DNA from: Marsupella aquatica
Taxonomy: Eukaryota > Plantae > Marchantiophyta
Assembly: GCA_973895155.1 (NCBI GenBank)
Contig: OZ316891.1
Span: forward strand, 22,395,168 to 22,459,167
DNA: 64,000 bases
Reading direction: 5' to 3'
Shown here: positions 30,271 through 43,200 of the stretch, piece after piece
How the letters are laid out: every line of letters begins with the position of its first letter
Position numbering within the stretch: position 1 is the stretch's first letter
Made by a program: the position numbers and the translations under genes
The notes under the pieces: model-generated
Database searches by the model: none
Seen by the model: only the letters and a program-made list of their open reading frames with translations
Told to the model about the DNA's origin: nothing

Positions 30271-30959
30271 TAGGAAGAGTACTAACTAACGTTTGTGAAG
30301 TCCTTCGTACTTTTTAAGATGCAATTTTGGACAAATCCACAGATCTCATAGAACTCAGGCTCATTTATGAAAGCAGGTAGCTCTTTGTCTCCTGCGGGGT
30401 TGATGCATGGTGATACTACATTACCTGGTTCTACATTCATCGTTTACTGTGCTTTTGAGAATAGTCAATCACAGCAAGGGTGCTTTTCAGTACGACTTCT
30501 AAATTGTGGTTTTCCTTGAAATTTATGTTTAAGACATGAAGGAGAACAGCATACAAAGAGAGAGGAAAGCATTATTGGTTTTGGAATCATAGCGCGATTG
30601 TACCCCGGACGGCAATACCTCTCCCGGAAGAAAATTTGATGCAACTTTGGTACCTCAGGTGATGTAGCCACACGGCCGACAGTATGGTGTGATAGAACCC
30701 CGGCCCATTCATGAAGGCTGATAACTTTGTCTCCTACGAGGGTTGATAAACAGAGTTCCTAGCTCGCCAAAACAGGAAGGAATTTTGCCCTTCTAAAGTT
30801 ATCGTTTAGTGTACCCAGAATTTGTTTCTCTGGCAAGGAGATGCAGATCTGGGAAGGCATTTGGCGGGATATTTTATGTCTTCTGAAGTTGGGTCATTTG
30901 GGTCACTTTGGTTTTTTGGAATGATGGATCGGTCCATCCTCTCACAATCCACTTGATGC

Positions 30960-31720
30960 ATCTCTTGCCGGTTGTTTTATTTTCTTCTTACCTATGTTTT
31001 GAATGTCTTTTACATGTGTTGGAATTTGTGACTTACTGGTAAAGCTTGAATAGTTTTTGATTGGGATTTGATACAGTAGTTGCATAGCAATCGGGATGAG
31101 CGACGCAATCGCATCGACGGAACCCCGCATCCTTCTCGATCTTGACGGGCTCGTTGTTTTGAGCAGCCGTGGTTAGGGAATGGTACAGACCTCGAAAGTA
31201 GTTCGATCGCCGAACACCTGTATCCATGGGTCGTTGTTGCTTTCGATGAAAACAATTCCCCTCCGAACTTTCCAACTCATATAACCCCGTACTACTTCGT
31301 TGCTTTCCGTGGGGACAGTTCCCGGCAATCCGGAAATGTGTGCATGTTGTCAATCTTCTCTCAATTTCTTTCATGGGGTCATCGAAATGTAGCATCCCTC
31401 TTGTAGAATGACTACCGTGAAGAGCTCCGTCCTTCTCCTCCTTTGCACAAAAGTCACGGCTAGATCTAATCGCCCGGCCGCAAAAGCTAGAACATTGCTC
31501 TCTCTCCGATTGTCACTTGTCAGCTGATGAAACGCATCGACAGTCTCCATGTAGAAAAGTTCAATCTTCGGCAATTCCGTCCAAAACATTCTTTCCGCAC
31601 TTTGCGCTTCTACTTCTGTGATGATTCCCTTACAGAATTGTCTCATCAGAGTGCTTGTTGCTTTTCCACAATCAACAACTTTCTTGTCTTTGGTAGACAA
31701 CAAGTTTGTCTCTCATCCTC
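30960..31720 (-). pseudogene. Decayed KDZ/CxC-type transposase-like fragment
   Basis: Overlapping frameshifted ORFs 31371-31703, 31033-31395 and 31010-31255 end in PDCYA / CNYCIKSQ / KLFK / HKFQHM, resembling YD.AC.L..YC.NREP.FF..D.FH. Confidence 0.3.
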
Positions 31721-32433
31721 CGTTTACCCGTTCGTGTTCAGTCTCTGGTCAACGTTAGGACATGAAGGATGGGAAAGTTTCTCGAAAATATAGTGTTCTG
31801 AGCAAGAGCACATTTATGTTCAGAATAATAATATTGAAACACTGTAACTAGGATACCATGCATAATGGGAAACCCATGGAAGACAATTATATTAACTGGA
31901 CTATCGTAGTCCTTTCTTTGAACATGCTAAGAAGAGATTTGGACTCTCTCATTGTCACACTAGTTCTTGTTGACTTGTTCCAATACTAAAACCTGGAAGT
32001 GCCGGGGAACTGTTCCAGTAACAAATTAGTAGGTGAAATGGTCAAAATCATGTCAACGAGTACCAGCTCACGATTTTTGGGCTACTAAATCATTTTCCTC
32101 TTTCTACTTACTAGACTGGCACTTTGCTTGCATCTATTTAAAGTGACAAATCTTTTGAACTTGTAGTTATGTTATTGTCCCTTTGTCTCTGTTGCTAAAA
32201 GGACTTCCCAGATTGTATGCTCTCTTTGTGAATGGAATTCCAGATGATCTTTCAAGGCAAAACATAAAAGGACTTCCCAGATTCGTCTAATCTACTGTTT
32301 TCAGCCCTGTTTTCCTTCGAACTGTGAATCCTTCTCTCCCAACCTTGCTCTTGCTACTCTATCCGGATTTGGATTCATGCACTTTTTTCCTACAGGAGCA
32401 CAGGGTTACTTTGGATGTGTGGGACAGATACTG

Positions 32434-32533
32434 TAATAATAGCTCAAGAGAGATGAGTACAATAGTGTAATAATAGCTCGAGAGAGATGAGTACAATAGT
32501 ATAATAATAGCTCGAGAGAGATGAGTACAATAG
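32434..32533. repeat. 34-bp tandem repeat x3
   Basis: taataatagctc(a/g)agagagatgagtacaatag at 32434, 32468 and 32502. Confidence 0.92.
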
Positions 32534-35128
32534 ACTGTCGAGTGTCGACAGTCCAGAGCGTCGAACCAGGCTCCCAGCTGAGTTCCACATGGATCCCTAA
32601 TCCTGCCTAATTAAGAAATCATCAGCAGCAAAGCGTTTGTCATTTGGCATCAAGTTTGGATTCCCGGTCCCACAGTCCCACTTGAACTTAAATTTTCGCG
32701 CCATGCCAGTCCTAGGAGATCCATGAGGCTTTTCCTTTCTGTTCACTCCATCATTCTCGCATTTTTGGCCATGCCTTCCAAAATTGTCCCCCGTGGGATG
32801 AGCCTCGGTTTGGGGGGACACGAAAGGCTTCTAGTTTTGAACAGTGAGTCACCTTCCTTTCCACCAAGAAGAACAGTGCAAAGAGGACTGAGGCTGTTAC
32901 CAGCAGTCTCCAGCAATGAAATTCAGTGAACGTAGTTGTGAAACGAAGGGATTTGGAATGTATCGAGCGAACGTAGTTGTAAATCGAAGCACAATAGGTT
33001 TGTTAGGAGGCCAAAATCCAGGATGGAAGAGGGTAGTTTTGTTGGGAAGCAAAACTCCAGAATGGGTACAGTAGCAGAGGGTGGGAGGGGGGGAAGCGAG
33101 CATTCTACCGTCAGGCGTGTGTCACGAAACTTTGAGTAATTCAATAGTCCCATAGAAAAATAAACCACATCGATCTACTTCAATCCACACTAATCAAGTC
33201 TAATGTGAAGGCTCTACTGTACATCGATTCTCAGACGCATGATTGGTCGCACGCCTTGTATTTTCAATGCGAACGGCACACCGATGACCTGCAGACAAGA
33301 TCGATCGATTGAGAATTCCTGTATTAAGAGAGTTACTACTCCGTATATTCCAATTAGTGGTGCAATCCAGGCATCCAATTCCCATCTAGTCCCGCAGTCG
33401 CAATTATTTACTGTTCCCAAGACCTGAAGATGAGGATATGATGAGGATGATGCACGATTGCACGCGAACTCCATCGTCCTGCTCAGACTCGCTTTCTCAT
33501 CAGCTCGGCGCACCACACTCCAGCCTCCATCAGTCCATCATCATTCTCCGCTGTTCTTCACACGAAATGAAATGATACGACACGAAACTTCTCACTTCTC
33601 ACTTCTCACTGAGATTGCCGTAGGAAAGCCGTTTCTGAATTTCTGCGCATGAAATCAGGATAGATTTACGAGAAGTTGGCGGCACTTGAAACTGGTTTTA
33701 AACAGAATGAACTGGACGGCCACTTTTTGTTCTCACCATAGACTCCAGACCGAAAATGGGTCCAAATGAAGTTCAAATCAATTCAATGAAGCCGACGAAG
33801 TTTGGAGATGACAATTTTTTTCTTTCACTATAGCAAACTGGAAGACGGATTCTTATTGTAAAGATACACTCCAGACCAAAATCTTTACCCTTGTATGAAT
33901 GCACTCAAGATTCTTTCTTAGCAATTTGTAATTTATCTCTTATTTTGCCCTTCTTTTGAGGTTGGTGCTTGTTCGGTCTGGACCTTGCTACTATTACTCG
34001 ATTGTACTTTGAATAGGATAATGTCCTGGTTAAAAGGCATTATGAGATATAATGCCCTGCAAAACTAGGGCCGCAACCCAAGTTTTGAGGGCATTATTTT
34101 TATAATGCCAATAACTAGGACATTAATGTGAATAAAAACTTGAGTGATTTCTGGGTAACAAACAAGAAAAACTGAATTTTTGAATATAAAATCTAAACAA
34201 AAGGGTCTGCAATTGGTCAAAGGCATGAAAGAAGTTAAAAACAAATCTTTGTGTTATTTTATTTGGTAACACTATATTTGAGTTTTTATCTTTCCTATTT
34301 TTGTGATAATTCACATAATGTACTCCTCAAAAGAAGTGAGTCTCTATGGGAAATTAATGCACTCAAAAATACAAAGAAAAAAATCACAAAAGTATTTACC
34401 TTAAGAAATTGATCATTTTTGGGTCTAAATTTTGTATTTTAGACATGGTTGGTGGAAAAATGATTATCTTAAGATGGGTGAAATACTCTTTGAAAGTGAA
34501 AACCACTACTTAACCAATGGTTAGCTGCCAAAATGAGTGGCAAATTGGTAAATATTTAATAACACAGATGCAAATTAAGAACAACTTTAGTGGTGACCTA
34601 CCACTCTGTTGTAAGAAATGCAATTTGATGGTCATTATGTGAGTTAAGAAAAAGTGTTGCTGACAAGTGAAACTGGATAGCACAGCACAGGAGATTGTAC
34701 ATATAGTAGATCAGGAGAATGTTTGAACGACATCCCATCTGAGCTTATAGCTCACAATATCACTTCCAGCAAAAGAGACACAAAATAATATTTACTTGAT
34801 GAGGGGCCTCCAAACCTTTAAATTGTCAATTCAGGGTCATGCAGTCATTCTTCAGCTCTATCTTGGAGTGTCATGTAACAAGCATGCCACACTCTTCTAA
34901 CTATGGTACGACACTGCCAACTCAATCCCCACACTATTCTAAAGATTTTCTTACGAATTGCCTTCTCACCCCAGTTTGCTCTTCACTCAATCCCCAAATT
35001 AATCCGTGGACCCCCATGTTATTTTAGAAGTAGTTATCTAGAAACTGAAACCTAAATGGACCTCCAATTCTAAAGAAAAAAAATCAAAAATGGACAAGTG
35101 AATGTTGATTGACACTTGAAACAGTTAC

Positions 35129-35269
35129 CAAGCTTACCAAGACAACCATAATTAACATCAATCACAGAACCAGTTCAAGCTTACCAAGACAACCATAATT
35201 AACATCAATCACAGAACCAGTTCAAGCTTACCAAGACAACCATAATTAACATCAATCACAGAACCAGTT
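35129..35269. repeat. Perfect 47-bp tandem repeat x3
   Basis: caagcttaccaagacaaccataattaacatcaatcacagaaccagtt at 35129, 35176 and 35223. Confidence 0.95.
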
Positions 35270-37399
35270 GCAGTATGAACTAGCGTCACACTCATTGGAA
35301 AGCTAGCGAACATTGGAAATTTATAATCTTCTCAAAACTCAACTAAATCTATCAATGTTCATTAAAAAGCTAAAGAAATTTTAAAATTCATAATCTCTTT
35401 ACTACTCAAGATTATGAAATCACGGGTAAAATCTATTTTCCAAATTACTTACTCAATTCTTATCGAATGGTGACAATGCTGAGCTCATTTCAACCGTCTC
35501 TTCAAGATCTTTCCAAAGTCATATTATACATGAGTTTTCATTATGATTTGACTCAACAATGTCAAATGAAAATTGATGCCGGGAAAATTTTATGTTTTGA
35601 ATAAAATCAAAATGTAATAAAACCGTTACTGGGAGCAGTTTTATCTCAATCTTTTTGTCTTTTGATTTGCATATCAATTTTTTTTATATTCTTTTTTACG
35701 ACATGACGTCCCAGTTTTTACAGCAAAGTTGTCACAAACACGAATGCAGAAGTTAATTCTATCCAAAAACAAATCTCTTCCTGTTTGCAACGTGCCATGA
35801 TGATGTGGCACGCTGTGGAGCCAGGAATTTTGGAAAGGACCCCTAATGGGGGTCCGTAACTATTCTAATGATTTTCTCACAAATTGCCTTCTCACTCCAG
35901 TTTGCTCTTCTTACAAAAACGCTGTACTCATGAATCACTCTCACTAAAACTAATTTTGTTACAAAATAGATTTTGCGAGTTTGAATTAGTGATACTTAAT
36001 GCTATTTGCGATAGTTTGAACCTATACTTTTTTGACAGAGCCAAGTTCAGTTACATGCGTTCAACATAGTAACTGATTGCTAGCCTTCACATCCCTAATC
36101 AAGTTGCTGCAGTCCTTCATTAGTCTAATGCTGATGCCTAAGCTGCGATTAATCCACTCCCATAGTTGCTGCATTCGTATCTTTTACTCACGGCTTAAAA
36201 ACACAATGTAAAACCAATGGAAGTTAGTGCTATTTTTGCCTCTAGATTGCATTCACCAAAATCACTGTTGTTAATGCTAATTAGTGTTAAAGTAACACTA
36301 ATTCTAACGTAATACTAGGAGGGTGAACTGATATAAGTGAATAGACTAGGTGGCTGCACGAGAGTTGGGGGGGGGGGTGGGGTGGAGGGGCGGGTGGCGT
36401 TGGACTTGAACCTGAAACCAACGAAGGAACTTTTGAAGCTCACGGATTGTCACTCTTGCAAGTAAAGTAAAACCTTTTAGGAAAAGAAGTAAGCAAGCTA
36501 CTGGTAGGCGTGGATCAGCGTATTTTGAATGCAAAATTTGCAGATTCCACCCCTCCATAAAGTTTATGCCAGAATATTTGTATCCCTCAGTTTCCCACCT
36601 AGTGACAGACCCCAGTAGCCCGAATCTGACGATCATCCTTAAATCTAGGGAGATCTAAGGTCAGATCTAAAGGTCAACAAATAATTCAGAAAACAACTGC
36701 GATACCGAATATCTTAGCATCTTGTCCATCACAGAGGCCTACATTCGCCACACTGGCGAACAATGAAAAACGCTACAAAATACATACGCTGGCCTGGATA
36801 CAGTGACACGAGCTCAAGGGCGTGAAGTGGAAGTTTTGCTAGAAGACTTGAAAGCTTGAAGCCCCGATCTCTCGGTTCGGGGCCCATTGATTGACCTCTT
36901 TCTACAGCTAAAACCCCACGCCCAGGCCACCCAACAAAACCCAGGATACCTTGTCCAGATCGAAAGGACACGAGTAGCCAAGGGTACCACTACTGTAGGT
37001 GATCCCAGGAATCTGCGCTCTTGGAAGCATCGAATGTGCTCGTTTTCTGTCGCCCCTGCTGTGTCCATCCCCCCTCGGATTCCCTCCATTGAAGAAGACG
37101 AAGAAGGTTATTCTTTGCTGCTTCGGAAAGTACAGTCACGAAGAGCTGGGCCCAGTGAAAAGAAGAAGATCCACTTTTGGAAGAAAAGGTCGAAATTGAG
37201 CATAATGGATGGGAAAGCCAAATATTGTGTCGATAGCTCGATCGGATTGGCAGCAGCTGATAATGCTCATTGCGTAAGCACCTCCTACATCAGAGTCATT
37301 CAGCCATGATCCTTTGAGATAAATGGAGACCCGTCCGTTCATCCCTAGTCCCTAATCTGAGCTGACAGTCTCTCATTTCCCCTCCCGGCCCGTCTGATG

Positions 37400-38220
37400 A
37401 GTTTGCTCAGTCCCGTACAGTTATGGTAGCTTGTTGAATGCTCTTCGTTCAATCCATGTTGTCGCTTTGCCACGGTCCGCAGGGAATTCCATATGGTCGA
37501 TGGGTGTATTTGCTCGCCACAGCCAGCCAACTCTACAGTGAATGCACTTTTTACTGTCTGACGATATTTTTGCCTACTTTAGATTGTGTGACGATTATGC
37601 GGTTCTTCATTGATTCATAGGATCGTGCAAACTCCGTCGTGCACACACAGTGTTGATCCCATGATGCCATATTGCCATCATCATCACGTTGGATCATGCA
37701 CCAGTGCAGTGCAGTTACTTTAATGGGGACGAGGTGGATTGCAATGATGGAAAACGCACCCCGTATAAATATACCTTCCTGTCCTGCCAAGAGACAGAAT
37801 GAACGAACTATGAATGCAGATTTGGGACAATATCCTCGAACCTTTTTGGAACGATGCCTTTGCGAATGGATCCATTGTAAAGTTTCGTCACTCATGGTGC
37901 GGAAAGTTACACTAGCAGACGACTTTTATGTCAAGCTCTTGAATGGGGTGCGATTGCTGCACATAATTATACAATGATAGCTTCTTTGTCTTGCATTGTG
38001 ATAACTCGGCTTGTAACTTCGAAGACCACGTTGGATCTGTCTCATCTTGGTTTCCCGAATTTGTTTTGCATTGACGAAGCCATGCATTGCAAAAAACTTG
38101 CATTTTCTTTCTGACTGTTTTAACGGGGATCTTTAAGAGACAAGATTTCATGAAAGAAGAGCCAGACAATGCATTTGGTGATACTGACTCTCTCAGCCAA
38201 CACACTGAAAAATTAGTTTG
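37400..38220 (+). pseudogene. Decayed KDZ/CxC-type transposase-like remnant
   Basis: CLCEWIHCKVSSLMVRKVTLADDFYVKLL...HIIIQ, then CDNSACNFEDH....WF / FCIDEAMHCKK, matching the remembered order CxHG..SLM..ES..F.LL..IIYDNAC.L..Y..WFF..F.ID.FH.K.H. Confidence 0.4.
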
Positions 38221-38338
38221 AATGTGTTTCAGATCCTTTAGTATAATCCTCTCCTTGGTCTCGGATTTGACAAGGGAGAATTATATTGTACGTGAAGCAG
38301 TCAACAAGTATCATCTTTCCAGATCTTTTGCACGAATA

Positions 38339-38573
38339 TGGACCCATCCAACAGAATAGACAATCAACTCCACAGCATGCACCTCTGCAGGGTAGCCCAC
38401 AAGGGGGGTCATACCCAGGACCAGAGCCCCAAAACGGACAAGCCAGGGAGAAAGCATAACTCCCACCACTACAACCTACCCACACACACCCTCCACAACC
38501 CTTGCATGTGGAGGCGGATTGAACCTTGAACCTTGCGGTTCTGGGGTCATCCCTTGGCCAACAAGCCAAAGCC
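38339..38573 (-). mobile_element. SINE family A copy retaining the tRNA-like Pol III head
   Basis: Minus strand has A-box TGGCTTGTTGG (38568-38558) and B-box GGTTCAATCC (38525-38516), then a body matching 15979-16200 (gtgtgtgtggg..tgtagtggtgggagt..ccccttgtgg..ctgttggatgggtc). Confidence 0.8.
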
Positions 38574-39231
38574 AGATGGTTGTGTAAGAAGTAATTTTCA
38601 TTTGGAATACAATGGCTATGTTGGAGGTTGCGACACCCCAAATAAAGTAGAGAAATAGCACACCCAAATGCTCATGTTTAGTATGCATCGTACCAGAAAT
38701 TTAATTGGATTGTAGACTATCGAGAAATTTTGACAAGCCAAGTGCAAAAAAAGTGTTGAAGGTGAACGAGTCTTCCCCTTAGCTTTTGGAAGATGAGGTG
38801 TAGGGTAACCGATCCCCTTGAGGAGGTTATGGCTCCAATCCCTAGGGTGGTCAGAAATAATTCTCCCAAATTCTCATATCTAAGCATCTTAGCAAAAGGC
38901 GGTCAGCCTGAAGGGGTTACAGGCCATGGCCCCCAAAGAGAGGATCAATTAATCCCAACAAGTGAATAACGGAAAAAATATGCTTGTGAGGAGTCAAGGC
39001 CCTGCCTGATGTGCGCCAGCAGCACAAGGATCAAGGCATCTCAGGCAACAGGGTTATTGCCCATAAACTTCAATGAAAATAGCTCAGAAAATACAAAGGA
39101 AGGCTCAATGTAGCCAAAATGCTGGTGCATTCCCGTATACAAGGTCCCTTGCTTGATTCCGGTTTTTTCTGGCAACTTGGGATGAAAAGTAGTTATTAAG
39201 AGACACCTGTTTTGGGATTAACATAGTAACT

Positions 39232-40213
39232 TTTTTTTTTCAGGGGAGGCAACCGCCCAAAGAACCGCCGCCACCCGGGGACAAAGGCCACCTAGACGGA
39301 AGCGGACCGCGGCCAATGGCAAACAAGGCCACACACAAACACCAAACCTAATCCGGCCAAGGGTCCCACCCGGGGCCCCAATGGTGGTCAAACGCAAGCG
39401 ACCGCCACACACTAGAACAACTCATGCTACCATCCTGGATCCTAATGCTATTACTGCTGCCACGTAGAGTCCTGTGGTTGTAGTGCGGCCGTCTCTGTCT
39501 AACCTGAAGGGGGTCTTTGTAAGTCTCGGGACAGCCAAGGGTCTGAAATCTCTGAACCAGCCACAAGTCAGTCTTCATTATCATCAGTGGTAGAGCTGAG
39601 AGACACAGGGCTATCAATCTGTTCCCAGGGGAGCAGCGCTGTTTGGAGTTGCTCAATGGCAGCCCGCAGTTGTCTTTGTTTCCTAGTGGTAGGGCAGGAG
39701 GCCATCATCGTCTTCAGGTGAGTCACCACATAACGGAGGACCACCCAACCGGGGAGTCTTCCAAGGAATTGCGAGTAGGTAGCAACATTCCTCTCTTTCC
39801 ATATGCTGTTACATAGTTCCATGAGAAGGACCAGCCTTCCGGGATTGCGTTTCTGAGTGTGAATAGCAAGGTTGATGGCATCGAACAAGGAGCTAGTAGG
39901 GAGATTGAGAGCGGGAGACGACTGGACCAGGGTTCTCACCTCTCTCCACCGTTCAGTCACCTTGCAGCAGCTGAAAAACAGATGCTCAGTGTGTTCGAAG
40001 CTCTGGTTGCATCTGGAGCAAAGTCCATCACAAACTTTCCACTGACTACCCCTTCCGTTAGTGAAGAAACCATGGTTGAGTAAACGCCAAAAGAAAAACC
40101 TAACCTTGGGAAGGGTCCACCCCTTCCATAGTTTCTTCCATCTGTTGCTCCAGCTGTCCGAAGTGCCCAATTGCCCCCATCTCCGATTCAACTTGGTGGT
40201 GTCACATCCTAGT
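39232..40213 (-). mobile_element. 5'-truncated L1-type LINE (zf-RVT region, 3' UTR, poly-A) with 16-bp TSD
   Basis: ORF 39568-40191 has WKKLW...PKVRFFFWRLL...CSRC...EHTEHLFFSC...IWKERN (zf-RVT). T-run at 39231-39240. gattaacatagtaact at 39216-39231 and 40214-40229. Confidence 0.93.
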
Positions 40214-43200
40214 GATTAACATAGTAACTAAAACAAGTGTCTCTGGTTAAACAGGTTTCTTGTTTACCAACAAGCAAAGTAGGCTCATATGCAAATGTTA
40301 GGTATCAGCAAGTCTCAGCAGGTTGTCAGAGTCTTGAAGTTCATGTTAAGAACTTCATGACTTAACATGAAGTTCCTAAGTGCCATAGCTTGATTAAGAG
40401 TTCAACTCCCTTTCCAGTCCTATTAATGGGTGGCTTTACAAGAACTTGGAGGGAACAGTTATACTATGTCTATGTGTGAGATGCAATCCTAACCATTTAA
40501 ATGTGGGAGCCAGCCAGACTTCACTTTACATGAACTTGGGGCACAATCATGCACTACCCATCCTAGTCACCTGCCCTTGAGGGTTCCTTTTTTCTGCTAA
40601 TGTGTACATCGTTTTTTGTCAAAAATGTAAACCTCCTCTTGAGATGGTCTAAAAGAATGGACCAAGCCATTTCTATTCAGGGTAGTTGTATTTATTATCA
40701 CCAGACCTGACATATTTTGGCACAGACATTTTAACTTTAGTGTATGCAATTGGCTCTCCACTTTGCTTTGGATGGGGAGATACTGAACGGCCCCACTGTC
40801 TTGTAAAGTCCCCTTAAGTATAGCTTTACATAATACTTGTTGACTCTGCAAGTATGGTTGTGCAAATCAAGTTTTTGGGAGGTTTCCTAAACACCTCAAC
40901 TACCCAAACAATTCACATCAAATTTTCAATTGCATTAAAATGGAGATTAAAGTTAGTATTCATTTGCATGGGCTTTATAGCATCATTTCTACAATTTGTA
41001 ATGAGTGAACCTTTCTATTTCTTTCACAACACAGTGTGCATGGATGAGTCACATTTACTCTTTACAGCCAAAATTGCCTGCTGTTTGAGCTCTTGTGCAA
41101 TGTTAGCCAGCATTAAGGCAGTTCCCAATGGTCTCCCCTTATTTTTTGGCTAGGGAACAGCAGACCCAATCTACTGCTTCCTAGCTCCCAAATGGTAAAA
41201 GAGTACAACAATGGAAATCACAACACATAGCTCACACATGCACACCTAAGGGGGTTAACTTAGTGTATATTTTGGGGTGCCATGTGCAATCTTAGTCTAA
41301 TATAAATACACCTATTTAAAAAGAGAAATATTCCAAAAATATTCTTTATTTTAATACTAATTGTCTATTTTACTATAGAAAAGCTATATATTATAGAATG
41401 TTCTATAAATATAAATTTCCAATATCTTTTTTTGCCTCCTACCCTTTTAAAAAAATTAGCTAATTTCGATCCAAAATACATATCTTGGACATGGTTCATA
41501 CAATCTTTTATAGTTGACCCCACAAGATGCACACACCTGATGCCATTTGGTACGTTAGTACTTCACCATAAAATGCCACAAAATTTGGTGTCCCTATAAT
41601 TGCACATCAAAAACCAGCAGCCAGATACATATTTAAACTAATATTCATTGATTCAATTAAAATGAATGGGTTATCATGGTATGGAATGACAAAGTACACT
41701 ATACATATGAAATTACTGGAAGCCAAAATATTTGCTACATAGTGGGACATTCAAGTTATATGTAGGACTCACCTTAGCGAATATGGACTGCACAATGTAT
41801 CCACAAATGCACTCAATGCCCATTCGCTTTGCTGTTGCCAATTTGAATTGACTTTTTTCTCTTATTTTTATGTATCCTCACGATCTCCCAACCTGCTGTA
41901 AGGTTTCTGGACGGGCTGTCTATTTCAATCTCAAATCCTTTCTCAAATGGATAACTATGCACAATTATCCATCTCCCTTTACAATGTCTTTGACGAATAT
42001 CTCGCCAAATCTTCTCCACAAAACGACAACCAGTGTCTAGGTTACCAATGACTGGATATTCCACTCCAAGTCATTCTTTTGCATGAAGCGATGAAACCTA
42101 GATATTTTCAAGCTAAGGATAGGTGAGACAAGAATCTATGCAAAAGGATTTGGAGTGGAATCCAAAAAAGTGACCAGGGTGACTTATTTTCTCCTTGCTA
42201 GTTGTTTTTAATTCCATAATTCAAGATGTCTTGGACTTTAGCTTTTCTCACCCGGTTTTCGTACACCAAAGTTCATAGAAGTATTTGTCCCATGCATAGT
42301 AAGATAACGTTCCCACGTTGCATGAAAGCCTTTACACATGCCAAGAAATCAACAATTATACAGATTGTCACTATCCACAAATTTTGTTCCCTTCAAAAAC
42401 CTCCAACTCATCCTGATACAGACTGCCTAATGGGGATAAAGAACAGGCTGGTGGATATGAGAAGGAATTAAAGCACGCACTAGTAGAAATTCGTGACTCT
42501 CAGGCTTTTGGGTTCGTTGGTCCTTCCTGGGTTTTTCTCCATTGTTTTCTCAGCTTCACTCGGTCTCCTCCTTTTGGGATTGGGTTTCTCTTTCCCCTTT
42601 TGGTGCTTTTTGTTCTTGGGCAGTGTGATATGATATTATTTGCAGAGAGACATACAGCTTAACTACACCAAAATAACCATATAGGTTCAAACTAGTTCTA
42701 GCTGGTCCTGGGTTTTCTTTTTGAACACCCAGCCTTGTAATGTATTCAGAGATAATACGACCAGCTTGGTATTGCATGCATGGGTGGCTTTGGCTTTTCT
42801 CCTCTGCTTTGTATGGAGTCTTGTTTCTTTGTTCGGGTGATGCCGCACTAGTCTCTCTGCCATACTGCTCTTTTGGCTCCAACTTCTCACAGGACCAATC
42901 CTGCCACTTGCATTATCAGTATAGATATCAGGTCTTTTTACCGTAAATTAAGATAGGCACAAAATGTCAAATAGCTACTGAGACACTTTCGGAAACTTGA
43001 AGTGTGGACAGTGAGTGAGTGAGTTACGGTGTAATCTGTACACATATATAAGCTTACAGTAGATCCTTAATGAACACTAAAAATATTAGACTGTCTGATT
43101 TGAAAGATGTTCCCAAGCGACTTCTAGTTAGCCTAAGTAGAGTTTTTAGTTGGGTATCAAGGGAGATATTTGAATGTCAAACTTTGCTCTTGAAAACTTT

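Noticed and set aside
40340-40376. Short nested palindrome (gaacttcatg...catgaagttc)
   Set aside because: Only 10-11 bp arms with no supporting context; probably a collapsed MITE or chance.
40560-42480. Possible DNA-transposase fragments on the minus strand
   Set aside because: Too degenerate to assign by eye.
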